DNA of 64,000 bases, taken from an uncultured Parachlamydiaceae bacterium (GTDB lineage: Bacteria; Chlamydiota; Chlamydiia; Chlamydiales; Parachlamydiaceae). The notes under the pieces are model-generated. The model was not told the DNA's origin and did no database searches. It saw only the letters and a program-made list of their open reading frames with translations. Both the position numbers and the translations under genes were made by a program. Positions 1 through 10,115 of the stretch are shown piece after piece. Location of the stretch: contig CAVULX010000004.1 in assembly GCA_963742415.1 (NCBI GenBank), positions 1,216,001 to 1,280,000 of the forward strand. Reading direction: 5' to 3'. The stretch's first letter is position 1; every line of letters begins with the position of its first letter.

Positions 1-320
1 TGCCGTCCTTACAGGACTCTGTGTTTTTTGCATTTTACCCAGGCCTTCGCTTCGCTACGACCTGGGCTATAACATTTCGGCCTTTCAGGCCGTTTTTCAG
101 CGCCGAAGGCGCGGAATATCATAGCCCAGGTCGTAGCGAAGCGAAGGCCTGGGCTATAACATTTCGGCCTTTCAGGCCGTTTTCAGCGCCGAAGGCGCGG
201 AATATCATAGCCCAGGTCGTAGCGAAGCGAAGGCCTGGGTAAAATGCAAAAAACACAGAGTCCTGTAAGGACGGCATAAAATTCTTTTTTTGTAGATATA
301 GATGTCAAATCAGCCTCGAC
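1..320. repeat. Long palindromic REP/REPIN-like element, family A, cut by the window edge, with an internal ~87-bp tandem duplication
   Basis: TGCCGTCCTTACAGGACTC...CCTGGGCTAT at 1-70 is inverted at ~207-276. Unit 61-147 repeats at 148-233. Tail 277-320 matches the reverse complement of 24263-24306. Confidence 0.9.
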
Positions 321-653
321 TAAATAGTTATAACCATTTGGACTTTAGGGTTTATTAGGGTTTTTTAGGTTGTTATAGATTAATCAACCTCAAGATCATT
401 CATTGGCTTATCGAGTAGTTGGACCTTTAGTCTTAGGAATCCACCCATTTTTCCCTATTCCTCCTATTGATTACCTATATAAATAATATTAAGTTAGTTA
501 AAAACAATATTCTGAGTCATATAAAAAAATTACTAATAATTTAATTATTGATTTTAAATATGTATATAAAATTAATTAATTTTTTTATAAAATAATGATA
601 GGTAAGTAAATTAAATTACCAATAAAAATAATTATATAAGTAGGGTATTTTTT

Positions 654-3600
654 ATGTCTGCACCAGGACAACAGCCAGGACAGCCGATTTTGCCTAATAT
701 TGCCAGCAAAGATATTTTTGCTTGGGAAAGCACGATTGAAACCAAAAAACAAACCAATAATAAATGGTTGGCTAGCGTTACTGTCAATTGGAATAACGAA
801 GAATATAAAATTACTGTTGCAGCTAATTCTAAAAATGAGGCTGTAAACAAGTTAAATGGAAAAATAGATACCGCTATTCTTTTATTATCCCGTTATGCTT
901 ATGAAGATATTAATACAATAAAATACAATGAATTAAAAGATCGGGTTAATGTTGTTTATACAGAACCTCGAAAATATCCGCGTAGAAGAAATCGTTCAGA
1001 AAAAACTGATACTTCTTTGCATTTCTCCAATCCGTCGCTATTGATTAATGAGCTGCAACAAGAACGCGCTAAAGCGAAGGGCAAATTTAAGGGAAAATCA
1101 AAAGTTGACGAGGAGGAAGTTACAGAGTCTCGAACAGACTTGCAAGAAATAAAATCCCGGGAACGAATAAACCGAATAGAAAGAACTATAAAGTATTGTG
1201 AAATTCTTACGGGCCGAGGCCAATCGGTTCCCTTCAAACCACAACCGCTCCCACCGCAGCCACAAGTACAGCAACAGGCACAGCCACAAGTACAGCAACA
1301 GGGGAGTATATCAACTCAGCTCCAACGACAACCATCTGTCGGAGGCCGTCAGTTACCCACTCCTTCTGATGCCCGGAAGCAACAAGTTGAAGATGATCTA
1401 TTAGGCAAATCAAGGGCCACTACCCCCGGAGCGACAATTGAAGTCGCACAACTCCGAGAACAACCGGCTCCCCCCCCTTCCGAAGAAGGCCAAGGCATCG
1501 AAGCAGATGTACAAGAATATATAAACCAAGCAGTACAACGTCAAAGTGATTTCGAAAACGAGATCACTCAACAGTTAGACAAATTATTAGATGCAAACAA
1601 AAAGTTACTTGAAGAAAACGTAACCCTCAATAATGAACTTGAAGAAACCAAAGTAAACCTCCAAGGCCGGACCGAAGCCTTAGAGCAGCAAAGTAATGAT
1701 TTTGATGCTCAATTCACCGAAGCTCAAAAAATTAACAAAAAACTCGAACAAGAACTCAACGAACAACAAAAAATTATTACTTCCCTCCGAAAAGAGCTAG
1801 AAGCCAACAAAGAAGAACCCGCAGAAAAACTTGAGGCCCAGACCAAACTCTTCGAAAAAAATAAACAACTCGTCAAAGACCTTAAAAAACAACTCACCGA
1901 AGCTGAAAATAAAAGCAAGGATGCCAAACATCTATTTGAAGAAGCTGTCAAAACAAGTAATACACTTGAAAAGAAACTCACTCGCCTTGAAGACGAACTT
2001 AACAAAGGAACAAAAGAACGTGAAGTTAATGAAAACAACATTAATCAGTTGAAATACCAAAATTCGAAAGCGGAAGCCCTGCTTCGCAACCAAGCCAATG
2101 ACCTTGTAGAAAAAGACAAAACTACCCATGACCTTGAGAGGAAGCTCAAAGAGTCTGAAAAAGCTAACACAGAAGCCAAGCAGCGATTTGAAAATGCTAT
2201 TGAGAACCTTAACAAACTAAAAAATGAACACGATCACCTTGCTGAACAACTCAAAAAATTTAAACAAAATGACCAAATCATTGGCAACCTTACAGAGAAG
2301 CTCAACGATGCTGAGGGCAAACTAGCCGAAGCTGAAAAAGCTAATACAGAAGCCAAACAGAAACTTGAAAAAGCTGTCCAAGAAAGTAAAGTGCTAGAAA
2401 ATGAACGCGCTCGCTTAGATGACGAGCTCAAACAAAAAACAAAAGAGTTTAAGGTTCAAGAGAAAAACATCACTCGGCTAGAAGAGCGAAATGCTCAAGC
2501 GGAAGCCCGGATTCAAGACAAAGACAAAGATTTTGTAGAAAAAGACAAAACTATCCGTGACCTTGAAAGGAAGCTCAACGAAACTGAAAAAGGTAACTTA
2601 GCTGCCAAACAGCAATTTGAAAAAACTGTAGAGGAACTTAATGCTCTAAAAAATGAACACGACCTCCTTGCTGGCGATCTCAAACGAAAAACAAAAGAGT
2701 TCGAGGTTCAAGAAAAAATCATTGCACAGCAGAAAGTCGAAAATGAGCAAGCTGTAGCCCGGATTCAAGACAAAGACAAAGATTTTGTAGAAAAAGACAA
2801 AACTATAGATAGCCTTGAAAGTAAACTCACCGAAACTGAGGGCAAACTAACCGAAGCTGAAAATGTTAGCAAAGAAGCCAAGCAGCAGCTGGAAGATCGA
2901 ACCAAAGAATTAGAAACCGCAAATCAAGATAAAAAAGAGTTTCAAGAGCAAATCAAAAAGGTCCAAGAGGAATTCGACAATACTGTCAAAGAGCATCAAC
3001 GCTTTGAACAAGAGCAAACCACAGTCACTGAGGAAAAAAACAAAACTATTGAAGATCTTAAACAAAATGACCAAATGATTGAAGACCTTATTGAGAAGCT
3101 CAAAGATGCTGATAGCAAACTTACCGAAGCTGAAAATGCTAGCAAAGAAGCCAAGCAGCAATTTGAAAATGCTGCTGAGAACCTTAACGAACTAAAAAAT
3201 GAACACGATGTCCTTTCTAACAAATTCAATGAAAAAGAAAAAGAGTTTGCAGTTCAAGAAAATAACATTACTCTGCAGAAAGAGCAAATTGATAAAATAA
3301 ACCAAGCTAAAGATGACGACATAGCTCAAATCAAACAGCAGCTAGAAGAGCAAAAGCAAACTGCTGAAAAAACTAAACAAGACCTTGAAGGTCAATTCAA
3401 TAATACCATCCGAGATAAAGATGCTGAAATTAAGCGTCTTGAAGAAGACTTAGAACAGAAAAAAGTTGAGACCCAGCAAGCTGTTAAAGACAGTAAAGAC
3501 AAAGACAGCACCATTACAGACTTCAAAACCAAAGTTGATGTTGCTAATGATGCTAAAGAAAAAGCCGAAGAAAAGCTTAAAGCTGCCAACGATGGGCGTG

Positions 3601-6206
3601 GCAAATTAGAAAATGATCTAATAAAACTCAATGAGCAATTTGAGGCCCTCAAGAATGAAAATGACGATCTCAATAATACTCTAGAGAAACAAAAATCTGA
3701 AGCTGATGAAGCTAATAAAATAGTCCGTAACGACAGTCAAGCAAAACTGGATGAGCTTACCAATAATAAAGACAAAGAGATCAAGAAGCTGGAAGAGAAA
3801 ATTCAAGAAATCATCAAGACTAAAGATAGCGATATCGCTAAAGCCAAGAATCTATTTGAAAGAGCTGTCGAAAAAAGTAATGCACTAGAATATGAACTCA
3901 CTCGCCTTGATGAGGAGCTCAAACGAAAAACAAAAGAGTTTGAGGTTCAAGAAAAAAATATTGCTCAGAAAGTCGAGGATGCGCAAGCGGAAGCCCGACT
4001 TAACGGCCAAGCCAAAGATTTGGAAAAAGACAAAACAATCCATGACCTAGAAAGGAAGCTCAACGAAACTGAAAAAGGTAACTTAGCAGCCAAAGAGCAA
4101 TTTGAAAAAACTGTCGAGGATTTTAATAAACTAAAAAATGAACACGACCTCCTTTCTAACAAATTCAATGAAAAAGAAAAAGAGTTTGCAGTTCAAGAAA
4201 ATAACATTACTCAGCTGAAAGAGCAAATTGATAAAGCTAAAGATGACGCCGTAAAAGCTAAACAAGAGTTTGAAGGGCAAATCAAAACAGTCACTCAAGA
4301 TAAAAATGCCGTCGACAAAGCTAAACAACGCATCCAAGATGCCTCCAAAGATAAAGATAACGACATTGCTCAAATCAAGCAGCAGCTGGAAAGTCGAACT
4401 AAAGAATTAGAAACCGTCAATCAAGATAAAAAAAAGCTGGAAGAGCAAATTAAAAAAGTTGCCGAAGATAAAGACAGCACCATTAAGCGTCTAAAAGGAG
4501 ACTTAGAACAGAAAAATGTTGAGGCCGAGCAAAAACTCCAAGAAAAAGACGTGGAGCTGGAAGCCCAAGCTGATAAGTTAGAAGAAGTTGAGAGAGCTCA
4601 TAAGGCGGACAGGGATAAGCTGGAGGAGTTCAAGCAAACTTTGAGTAAAGAGCAAGGCAAATTCGAAAATGCTCAGAAAATTTCGAAGAATGAAATTCAA
4701 GAAAAAGATAAAGAAATCATACATCTTCAAAATGAAAACGAGAACATGAAAGCAAAATCAGAAGAGATACGAGGTATATTAAAAAATAAAATTAAAGAAA
4801 GATCAGGTGAAGGAACTACTTTAGCTGAAGAACTCGAGATAGCTGGTGAAAAAGTTGGAGAAGAATCGCCAGAAGATGATATCACAACAATGCTTAATCA
4901 ACTATTACAGCAACAGGAATTATCTTCTGAAGAACATAAGCAACTACCAGAGACTTCGACCAAAATTAAAGAAACAGAGCCTAAATCTAAGGCTCTACGC
5001 AAACAGCGCCAACAAAATGCTAAGTTTAAAAAATTAGAGCAAGAAAATGAAAAATTAGGAAAACAAAATGAAAACTTAGAAAACAAATATCAAACTTTGC
5101 AAGTACGGATCGGACAACTTGATAAAGCTATATTAGAAGAACGTAAAAATTCACAAATTAGCAATGCTGCTTTGGCTAAGAGCAACAAAAAACTCACTGA
5201 AGAAAAAGAAAGATTAGTAGAAGACAATGATTTGTTGAAAAAACAATTGGAAAGCCAAAAAAAAATGAAAGCAGAAATCTTAAATAAAGCAGAGCAAAAT
5301 GAAATCTTACTGGAAGAAAATGAGCGTTTAACTAAAACCGAAAAGGAATTTGAGTCAGTTAATAAGAAAAATGCGCTATTGAAAAATGACTTAGAAGGTT
5401 TAACCACAGACTTAAATTTGGCAATAACACACATAGATAGCCAAAGCGAACAAATTGGCCGTCTCGAAATCAACAAAGGAAAACTTGAAGATCAACTTAA
5501 AGAGGAACAAATAAATTCTAATAAAAAAGACGAAGAAATTGAAGAACTTCAGAAAAACGTGGAAAAGTTGAAAGACGTTCTTGAAGGAATCCCCACTGAA
5601 GATCTTAAGGACATGCTTGATCCCGAAAGAAAACAGCTTCAAAAGAAATTAGACCTTGTGATCGAAAACTATGAGAATGAAAAAGAGAAAGTAAAAGAGT
5701 TGCAAGAAAAAAACATCAAACTTGATTCAGAAAGCCAAAATGCACATCAAGAAATGGAAAAAGCATTAGCTATATTGAAAGAAAATAGCGATAAAGCTCT
5801 ACAAGACATGCAAGAACAAATGGATAAATTGTTAGCAGATAAGAATCAAGCTCTGAATGAACTAAATAAGTTAAACAATGCTCTAAACTTTATTGAAGAT
5901 ACTACTGGTGCTGCTTTAGAAAAAAGCATTGGTTCAACAACTGTAAGACAAACTGAAAACGCTAACATTAACACTGAGTCTGAAAAGGTAGAAAAAGACA
6001 AAGTAGAAGCGATGCAAAAAGAAATTAATCGCCTTACAGAAGAAAATTACGACTTGAAAAAAGATTTGAATGTAGAAAGGAATGAATATATTAAGCTGAC
6101 CCAAAATATTAATAAACATTTAGAATTCCTAAAAAAAGACGAAGAAAATTACAAACTTTTCAAGCAAAAGATGAAAGAACAAGAGGAAAAAGATAAGGGA
6201 ATTTAA
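654..6206 (+). CDS. Giant (1850 aa) coiled-coil protein with internal repeats; possible secreted effector
   Basis: Long ORF with E/K/Q-rich heptads from ~aa 290, a P/Q-rich linker and DNA-level internal duplications. Confidence 0.85.
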   Translation: MSAPGQQPGQPILPNIASKDIFAWESTIETKKQTNNKWLASVTVNWNNEEYKITVAANSKNEAVNKLNGKIDTAILLLSRYAYEDINTIKYNELKDRVNVVYTEPRKYPRRRNRSEKTDTSLHFSNPSLLINELQQERAKAKGKFKGKSKVDEEEVTESRTDLQEIKSRERINRIERTIKYCEILTGRGQSVPFKPQPLPPQPQVQQQAQPQVQQQGSISTQLQRQPSVGGRQLPTPSDARKQQVEDDLLGKSRATTPGATIEVAQLREQPAPPPSEEGQGIEADVQEYINQAVQRQSDFENEITQQLDKLLDANKKLLEENVTLNNELEETKVNLQGRTEALEQQSNDFDAQFTEAQKINKKLEQELNEQQKIITSLRKELEANKEEPAEKLEAQTKLFEKNKQLVKDLKKQLTEAENKSKDAKHLFEEAVKTSNTLEKKLTRLEDELNKGTKEREVNENNINQLKYQNSKAEALLRNQANDLVEKDKTTHDLERKLKESEKANTEAKQRFENAIENLNKLKNEHDHLAEQLKKFKQNDQIIGNLTEKLNDAEGKLAEAEKANTEAKQKLEKAVQESKVLENERARLDDELKQKTKEFKVQEKNITRLEERNAQAEARIQDKDKDFVEKDKTIRDLERKLNETEKGNLAAKQQFEKTVEELNALKNEHDLLAGDLKRKTKEFEVQEKIIAQQKVENEQAVARIQDKDKDFVEKDKTIDSLESKLTETEGKLTEAENVSKEAKQQLEDRTKELETANQDKKEFQEQIKKVQEEFDNTVKEHQRFEQEQTTVTEEKNKTIEDLKQNDQMIEDLIEKLKDADSKLTEAENASKEAKQQFENAAENLNELKNEHDVLSNKFNEKEKEFAVQENNITLQKEQIDKINQAKDDDIAQIKQQLEEQKQTAEKTKQDLEGQFNNTIRDKDAEIKRLEEDLEQKKVETQQAVKDSKDKDSTITDFKTKVDVANDAKEKAEEKLKAANDGRGKLENDLIKLNEQFEALKNENDDLNNTLEKQKSEADEANKIVRNDSQAKLDELTNNKDKEIKKLEEKIQEIIKTKDSDIAKAKNLFERAVEKSNALEYELTRLDEELKRKTKEFEVQEKNIAQKVEDAQAEARLNGQAKDLEKDKTIHDLERKLNETEKGNLAAKEQFEKTVEDFNKLKNEHDLLSNKFNEKEKEFAVQENNITQLKEQIDKAKDDAVKAKQEFEGQIKTVTQDKNAVDKAKQRIQDASKDKDNDIAQIKQQLESRTKELETVNQDKKKLEEQIKKVAEDKDSTIKRLKGDLEQKNVEAEQKLQEKDVELEAQADKLEEVERAHKADRDKLEEFKQTLSKEQGKFENAQKISKNEIQEKDKEIIHLQNENENMKAKSEEIRGILKNKIKERSGEGTTLAEELEIAGEKVGEESPEDDITTMLNQLLQQQELSSEEHKQLPETSTKIKETEPKSKALRKQRQQNAKFKKLEQENEKLGKQNENLENKYQTLQVRIGQLDKAILEERKNSQISNAALAKSNKKLTEEKERLVEDNDLLKKQLESQKKMKAEILNKAEQNEILLEENERLTKTEKEFESVNKKNALLKNDLEGLTTDLNLAITHIDSQSEQIGRLEINKGKLEDQLKEEQINSNKKDEEIEELQKNVEKLKDVLEGIPTEDLKDMLDPERKQLQKKLDLVIENYENEKEKVKELQEKNIKLDSESQNAHQEMEKALAILKENSDKALQDMQEQMDKLLADKNQALNELNKLNNALNFIEDTTGAALEKSIGSTTVRQTENANINTESEKVEKDKVEAMQKEINRLTEENYDLKKDLNVERNEYIKLTQNINKHLEFLKKDEENYKLFKQKMKEQEEKDKGI

Positions 6207-6420
6207 AATCCTTATAAACTTAATTTAATTAGTAAATTTGTAATAAAGAAGAAGAAATAAAACCCCAAGGACGTGTAAGCAGCCATGGAATATGCTAATA
6301 TTAATTGAAATAGGTTTACCCCAACAGTATTCTCAAGTTCGTTTTTCGATCTTAATTTTTTTTCTTTTATTTAACATTAGTATCAGATTTTGTCCAGGCT
6401 AGCTCAAATAAGATAAGCCT

Positions 6421-6912
6421 TCGGAATTCTCGAGTTGGCACTTTTTTAAAAAATTATTTACATTATCACATCTCTGTCGCCGCTACCGCATATGCATCAA
6501 GCTAAGCAGATTGCCTTTTTGATCAGGCCGAAGGCCTGGTTTATAATAGCCTGGGGCAGCGCCCCAGGTTAAATTATTAAAGGCATTGCAGGCTGAAGGC
6601 CTGCCATATTTATGCACAATTTCGTAATGTCTAGGAAGTTAAAACTTCCAATTGCTACAATACCTGGGGCGTTGCCCCCAGGCTATTATATGGCAGGCCT
6701 TCGGCCTGCTAATGATTTTTATGACAATATCTGGGACGTTGCCCCCAGGCTATTATATGGCGGACCTTCAGCCTGGTAAAAAGGTTTTCCTTAGCTTGAT
6801 GCGTAAGCGGTAGCGGCGGCAGATATTCGTGAGAGGTTTTTCAAATATTTTGAGATAATAAATATAAATATTTTTACAAAAGTGCCAAACTCAAGATTCC
6901 CTTCGGGAATTT
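6421..6912. repeat. Nested palindromic element: family C shell around family A-like hairpins
   Basis: Outer IR CTCGAGTTGGCACTTTT / AAAAGTGCCAAACTCAAG. Inner IR TCGCCGCTACCGC / GCGGTAGCGGCGG. Core contains CAGGCCGAAGGCCTG and CCTGGGGC..GCCCCAGG motifs. Confidence 0.8.
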
Positions 6913-6987
6913 TTTAATAGATGCTAAAACTCCGGACCTAGGGCATTGCCCGGCTAGAATAAACCAGGCCTTCGGCCCAAATTCCGA

Positions 6988-7085
6988 TCATGCTTATCCT
7001 GCCGCTTGCGATCTTGCACATCCTGTTTCCGCTTGCTATCACGCTTATCCTGCCGCTTGCAGTCTTGCACACCCTGCTTAAATCC
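6988..7085. repeat. Degenerate tandem GCTTATCCTGCCGCTTGC repeats related to family B
   Basis: ATCAYGCTTATCCTGCCGCTTGC occurs twice ~51 bp apart and shares the CTTATCCTGCCG core with family B hairpins. Confidence 0.6.
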
Positions 7086-7114
7086 TTTCTATCTTGCATG
7101 CAACGGGGTCTGTT

Positions 7115-8071
7115 TTACTGCTCAGAAGATCCTGGAAAGGGGAAACCATCTTCCTCTTTAGGGTATTCGTTTGAATGCATTAGACGTGAAAAGAGAGTGC
7201 CTTTCCCTTCGCAAATAATATCCCCTTCGAATAGCGGGAATTCTTCTAAGCCGCTAATTTTAAAATAGTTTTTCATAGCAGACTTCATTAATAAGCCGTT
7301 GCAACGATTGCAAATGAGCATGGCTATATTTCTTCCTTCTACTTGGATCGTTTTGCCAGGATTCCCTTCAATAAGTATTTCTTGGTTAATTTTCGAAGAA
7401 GCCACAAAAGTAACTGAATCGGAGTCTATTTTGTCGACAACGAGCTTTTGAAGCCCCCCAAACACATTCGATGACGGAAGGTCTATGACCATCCCTTCTT
7501 CTAGCGGATACCCCTCGGTTATCGCTTTTTCTATTACTGGGACGAGAGCTGCATAAGACTCAAAGTCATTGATGGGAATAACGTCCGGGGAAGAGTTTAA
7601 AGCCTCTAAAAAAACTTCTTGATTGGTTGTTAGAGGGAGAGAAAAAGGTGTATTGCAAAAGCGGTGTAAAAGGTGCAATAAAAAGAAATCGTTTGGTTTT
7701 GAACTTAAATCCTTGATTTCAAATGCCAATGATATCCCCCCCATTTTAGCCAGGATAGAACCTTGGTTTAAAACGAATGAAATAGATTTCCCCCCATTTT
7801 TCTCCATAATTTGGCTGAAAAAAGTCATTTCAAGTTTAAAATTTAAAAATTCGGAAGAAGCTGAACCTAAAGAAGATATATGCTTAAATTTATATTCATA
7901 TTTGCCGGTATAAGCCACAGGTTGATTGGGAATAATTTTCCAGGTGGCTGAGGTGTCGCCTTGAAGAAAGGAAAAAGAAAAAACACTTAAAGAAAATATT
8001 ATCAGAATTGCAAGTTTCAATTTGTTTATCATAAACATCCTTTTATATTTACAAAAGTCAATCTTTGCCAT
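7115..8071 (-). CDS. Hypothetical exported protein
   Basis: 318-aa ORF with a basic then hydrophobic N-terminal segment; start may be a downstream Met. Confidence 0.7.
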   Translation of the reverse strand: MAKIDFCKYKRMFMINKLKLAILIIFSLSVFSFSFLQGDTSATWKIIPNQPVAYTGKYEYKFKHISSLGSASSEFLNFKLEMTFFSQIMEKNGGKSISFVLNQGSILAKMGGISLAFEIKDLSSKPNDFFLLHLLHRFCNTPFSLPLTTNQEVFLEALNSSPDVIPINDFESYAALVPVIEKAITEGYPLEEGMVIDLPSSNVFGGLQKLVVDKIDSDSVTFVASSKINQEILIEGNPGKTIQVEGRNIAMLICNRCNGLLMKSAMKNYFKISGLEEFPLFEGDIICEGKGTLFSRLMHSNEYPKEEDGFPFPGSSEQ

Positions 8072-8295
8072 AATTGGAGTGGCATCTATTCAAAAGGTGA
8101 AATGCTAACTAATATAAATAATTAGTTTCAAGGACTATTTCTCTTCCTGCCATTAAAAATCATTCCTAACCAAGTTTATTTTTCAACTTTTATCTAATAA
8201 AATCATCTTTATTTTAATTAATTTTAATAAGCATTACTTATTTAATATATTTTGCTATAATAAAATAAAGTTGAAATATTTAATTAATAAATATT

Positions 8296-9408
8296 ATGAC
8301 AATACAATCTAATTATAGTTATTCCGAGGGTTCTTCCCATGTTGAGTACAAATCAAAAATAGCGAAAGACCCCATAAATGCACTCCTCAATGGAAGTCAA
8401 AACCTAGAGGCTGCCCTTCATTTTCAGCAGATCAGCGTAATAGATCAAACACGCGATGGAACGGGAGCCCGTGGAATGGAAAATTGCGGCTATCATGCGC
8501 TAAGAAATAGTTTAGAGATTGGCACTTTACTTGCCTCTAATAGCCCGAAAGGTTTGGATCACTTAAAGAGTGTCAGCGAATTTAAAAAAGTTTATGAATA
8601 CTGGGAATCTCATGTTCCTTATGATGCTGAGGGTCAAAGAGATGTGAGTGTTGCTGCATTGCATGAGTTCAAAGAAGATATTTTGTCAGGAAAAAAGCAT
8701 AGAATTAAAACTCTTGATGATTACAAAAACACATTGGATGCGCTGATGCAAAAGCAACACGGCTTGCCTGTCATTAGCATCGCAACAGGAGTTATGGATC
8801 CCCATCATAAGTTCACATTCTCCTTTGGGGGAGGTGTCATCGGTTTAGAAGCTGCCTCTAACGTTTATCAATTGGCGCATGCTAATCAAGACTTTGTGCA
8901 TTTATTCGTGGTTGGTCTTACAGATTTCTCAAAAAAGGTTCCTGTTAACCATTGGTTATCTGTGGTTCTTTGTCAAAAAAATCGGGATTGGATCTGGTTT
9001 GGGATGGATTCCTTTCACAATACATCTGATAAGATATTACCTTTGATGGGAACTCTTCATGGCACAATGTGCAGAGCTAATCACTATTCAAAAGAAGCTT
9101 ATCATGAAATTATTGGGGACGTTCTCAGCCGGCGGGCAGGATGGCTGGATGATAGTGGGGAGCTCAACAAAGAACATGAAAAAGATAAGCAACAATTTCT
9201 CAAAGAGAAAGAATTTCATGTTAATTGCACAGCAGCTTATGAGTATATGAAAAAAGCAGAATGGTTTCGATTTCCCAATGAACATGCGCAGCCGATTGAA
9301 GAATTAGCCAAGATTGTCAAGTTTTATGCAAATCATCTCCCTGAAGGAAAATTAAAAAAATCTTTTCATCAGATGAATGATCACTTGCAAGAAATCAGTA
9401 GAGGATAG
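8296..9408 (+). CDS. Hypothetical protein; candidate papain-fold (Josephin-like) cysteine protease/deubiquitinase
   Basis: NCGYHALRNSL (C64), NHWLSV (H219), WFGMDS (D238). Confidence 0.55.
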   Translation: MTIQSNYSYSEGSSHVEYKSKIAKDPINALLNGSQNLEAALHFQQISVIDQTRDGTGARGMENCGYHALRNSLEIGTLLASNSPKGLDHLKSVSEFKKVYEYWESHVPYDAEGQRDVSVAALHEFKEDILSGKKHRIKTLDDYKNTLDALMQKQHGLPVISIATGVMDPHHKFTFSFGGGVIGLEAASNVYQLAHANQDFVHLFVVGLTDFSKKVPVNHWLSVVLCQKNRDWIWFGMDSFHNTSDKILPLMGTLHGTMCRANHYSKEAYHEIIGDVLSRRAGWLDDSGELNKEHEKDKQQFLKEKEFHVNCTAAYEYMKKAEWFRFPNEHAQPIEELAKIVKFYANHLPEGKLKKSFHQMNDHLQEISRG

Positions 9409-9409
9409 A

Positions 9410-9438
9410 ACAAAGTTCGTGCAGGCGCACGAACTTTG
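9410..9438. terminator. Hairpin between convergent genes; likely bidirectional terminator
   Basis: CAAAGTTCGTGC-AGGC-GCACGAACTTTG, 12-bp stem right after the stop at 9408. Confidence 0.6.
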
Positions 9439-9450
9439 CAAGAGAAGCTT

Positions 9451-9891
9451 TTAGCGGTGCAGGGCAAGGCTGGGTTCGATTTCGCCAATCTGTTCGAGCA
9501 GTCCTAGACGGTCCCATGATTGTGTAATTTCAGTGACTTTACCGTTGTTGTCGAAACGGAAAATAGTGATGCCTGTCACTTTGATACTTTTATTTGTTGG
9601 AGAAATCCCTTGAAGTTCCCCTTTATGCGCCCCTGTGCATGTCCAAGTGGCGACCACTTTGTCATCGACAGCAAAAATGTCATCGATTTTTAATTGTTTA
9701 TTCGGAAACGCATTCTTATACATCGTTTCCCGTTCTTTGTACTCTGATAGCCCTCCTTTAAAGCCTGGCGCCGCAGGATCGCGCAATTTAATGTGGCTAT
9801 CAAAGAATTCATTCAATAAGTTAAGATGGCCTTTTGAATAAATTTCATCAAAAAGCTTCTTTGTTTGTTGAATATTTTGTTGTGTTGACAT
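9451..9891 (-). CDS. SnoaL-like / ester cyclase (NTF2-fold) protein
   Basis: AFP..IDDIFAVDDKVVATWTCTGAHKGELQGISPTNKSIKVTGITIFRF pattern. Confidence 0.85.
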   Translation of the reverse strand: MSTQQNIQQTKKLFDEIYSKGHLNLLNEFFDSHIKLRDPAAPGFKGGLSEYKERETMYKNAFPNKQLKIDDIFAVDDKVVATWTCTGAHKGELQGISPTNKSIKVTGITIFRFDNNGKVTEITQSWDRLGLLEQIGEIEPSLALHR

Positions 9892-10115
9892 AATTATTCC
9901 TCTGATTTAGTTATTGTTTTAACTTTGCAAGAGCAACGTGACGTTTACTCTATAGCAGCATAACGATCTATGCTACAGAGGTGTTGAATAGAATTTGATT
10001 TCGATCAAGATTAAAGGTAAAATCCATCTAAAGACGACATTATAACCTCTAAATCCAATATATGAATGGAGGATCTTTTGTTGTCAACAAAGTTCAAGCT
10101 ACAAGGAAAATAGGT

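Noticed and set aside
21..242. Short ORFs inside palindromic repeats (also 6990-7268, 24128-24649, 39420-39620, 44885-45191, 52214-53023)
   Set aside because: They are translations of repeat DNA in several frames, with no RBS or domain support.
340..372. TTAGGG telomere-like words
   Set aside because: Only two or three irregularly spaced words in AT-rich DNA; consistent with chance.
632..6119. Many antisense ORFs within the coiled-coil gene
   Set aside because: Shadow frames produced by biased A-rich codon usage.
654..6206. SMC or other chromosome-segregation ATPase call
   Set aside because: No Walker A/B or signature motifs at either end.
9948..9980. Small hairpin between divergent genes as a riboswitch or sRNA
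   Set aside because: Short imperfect stem with no recognisable RNA family motif.
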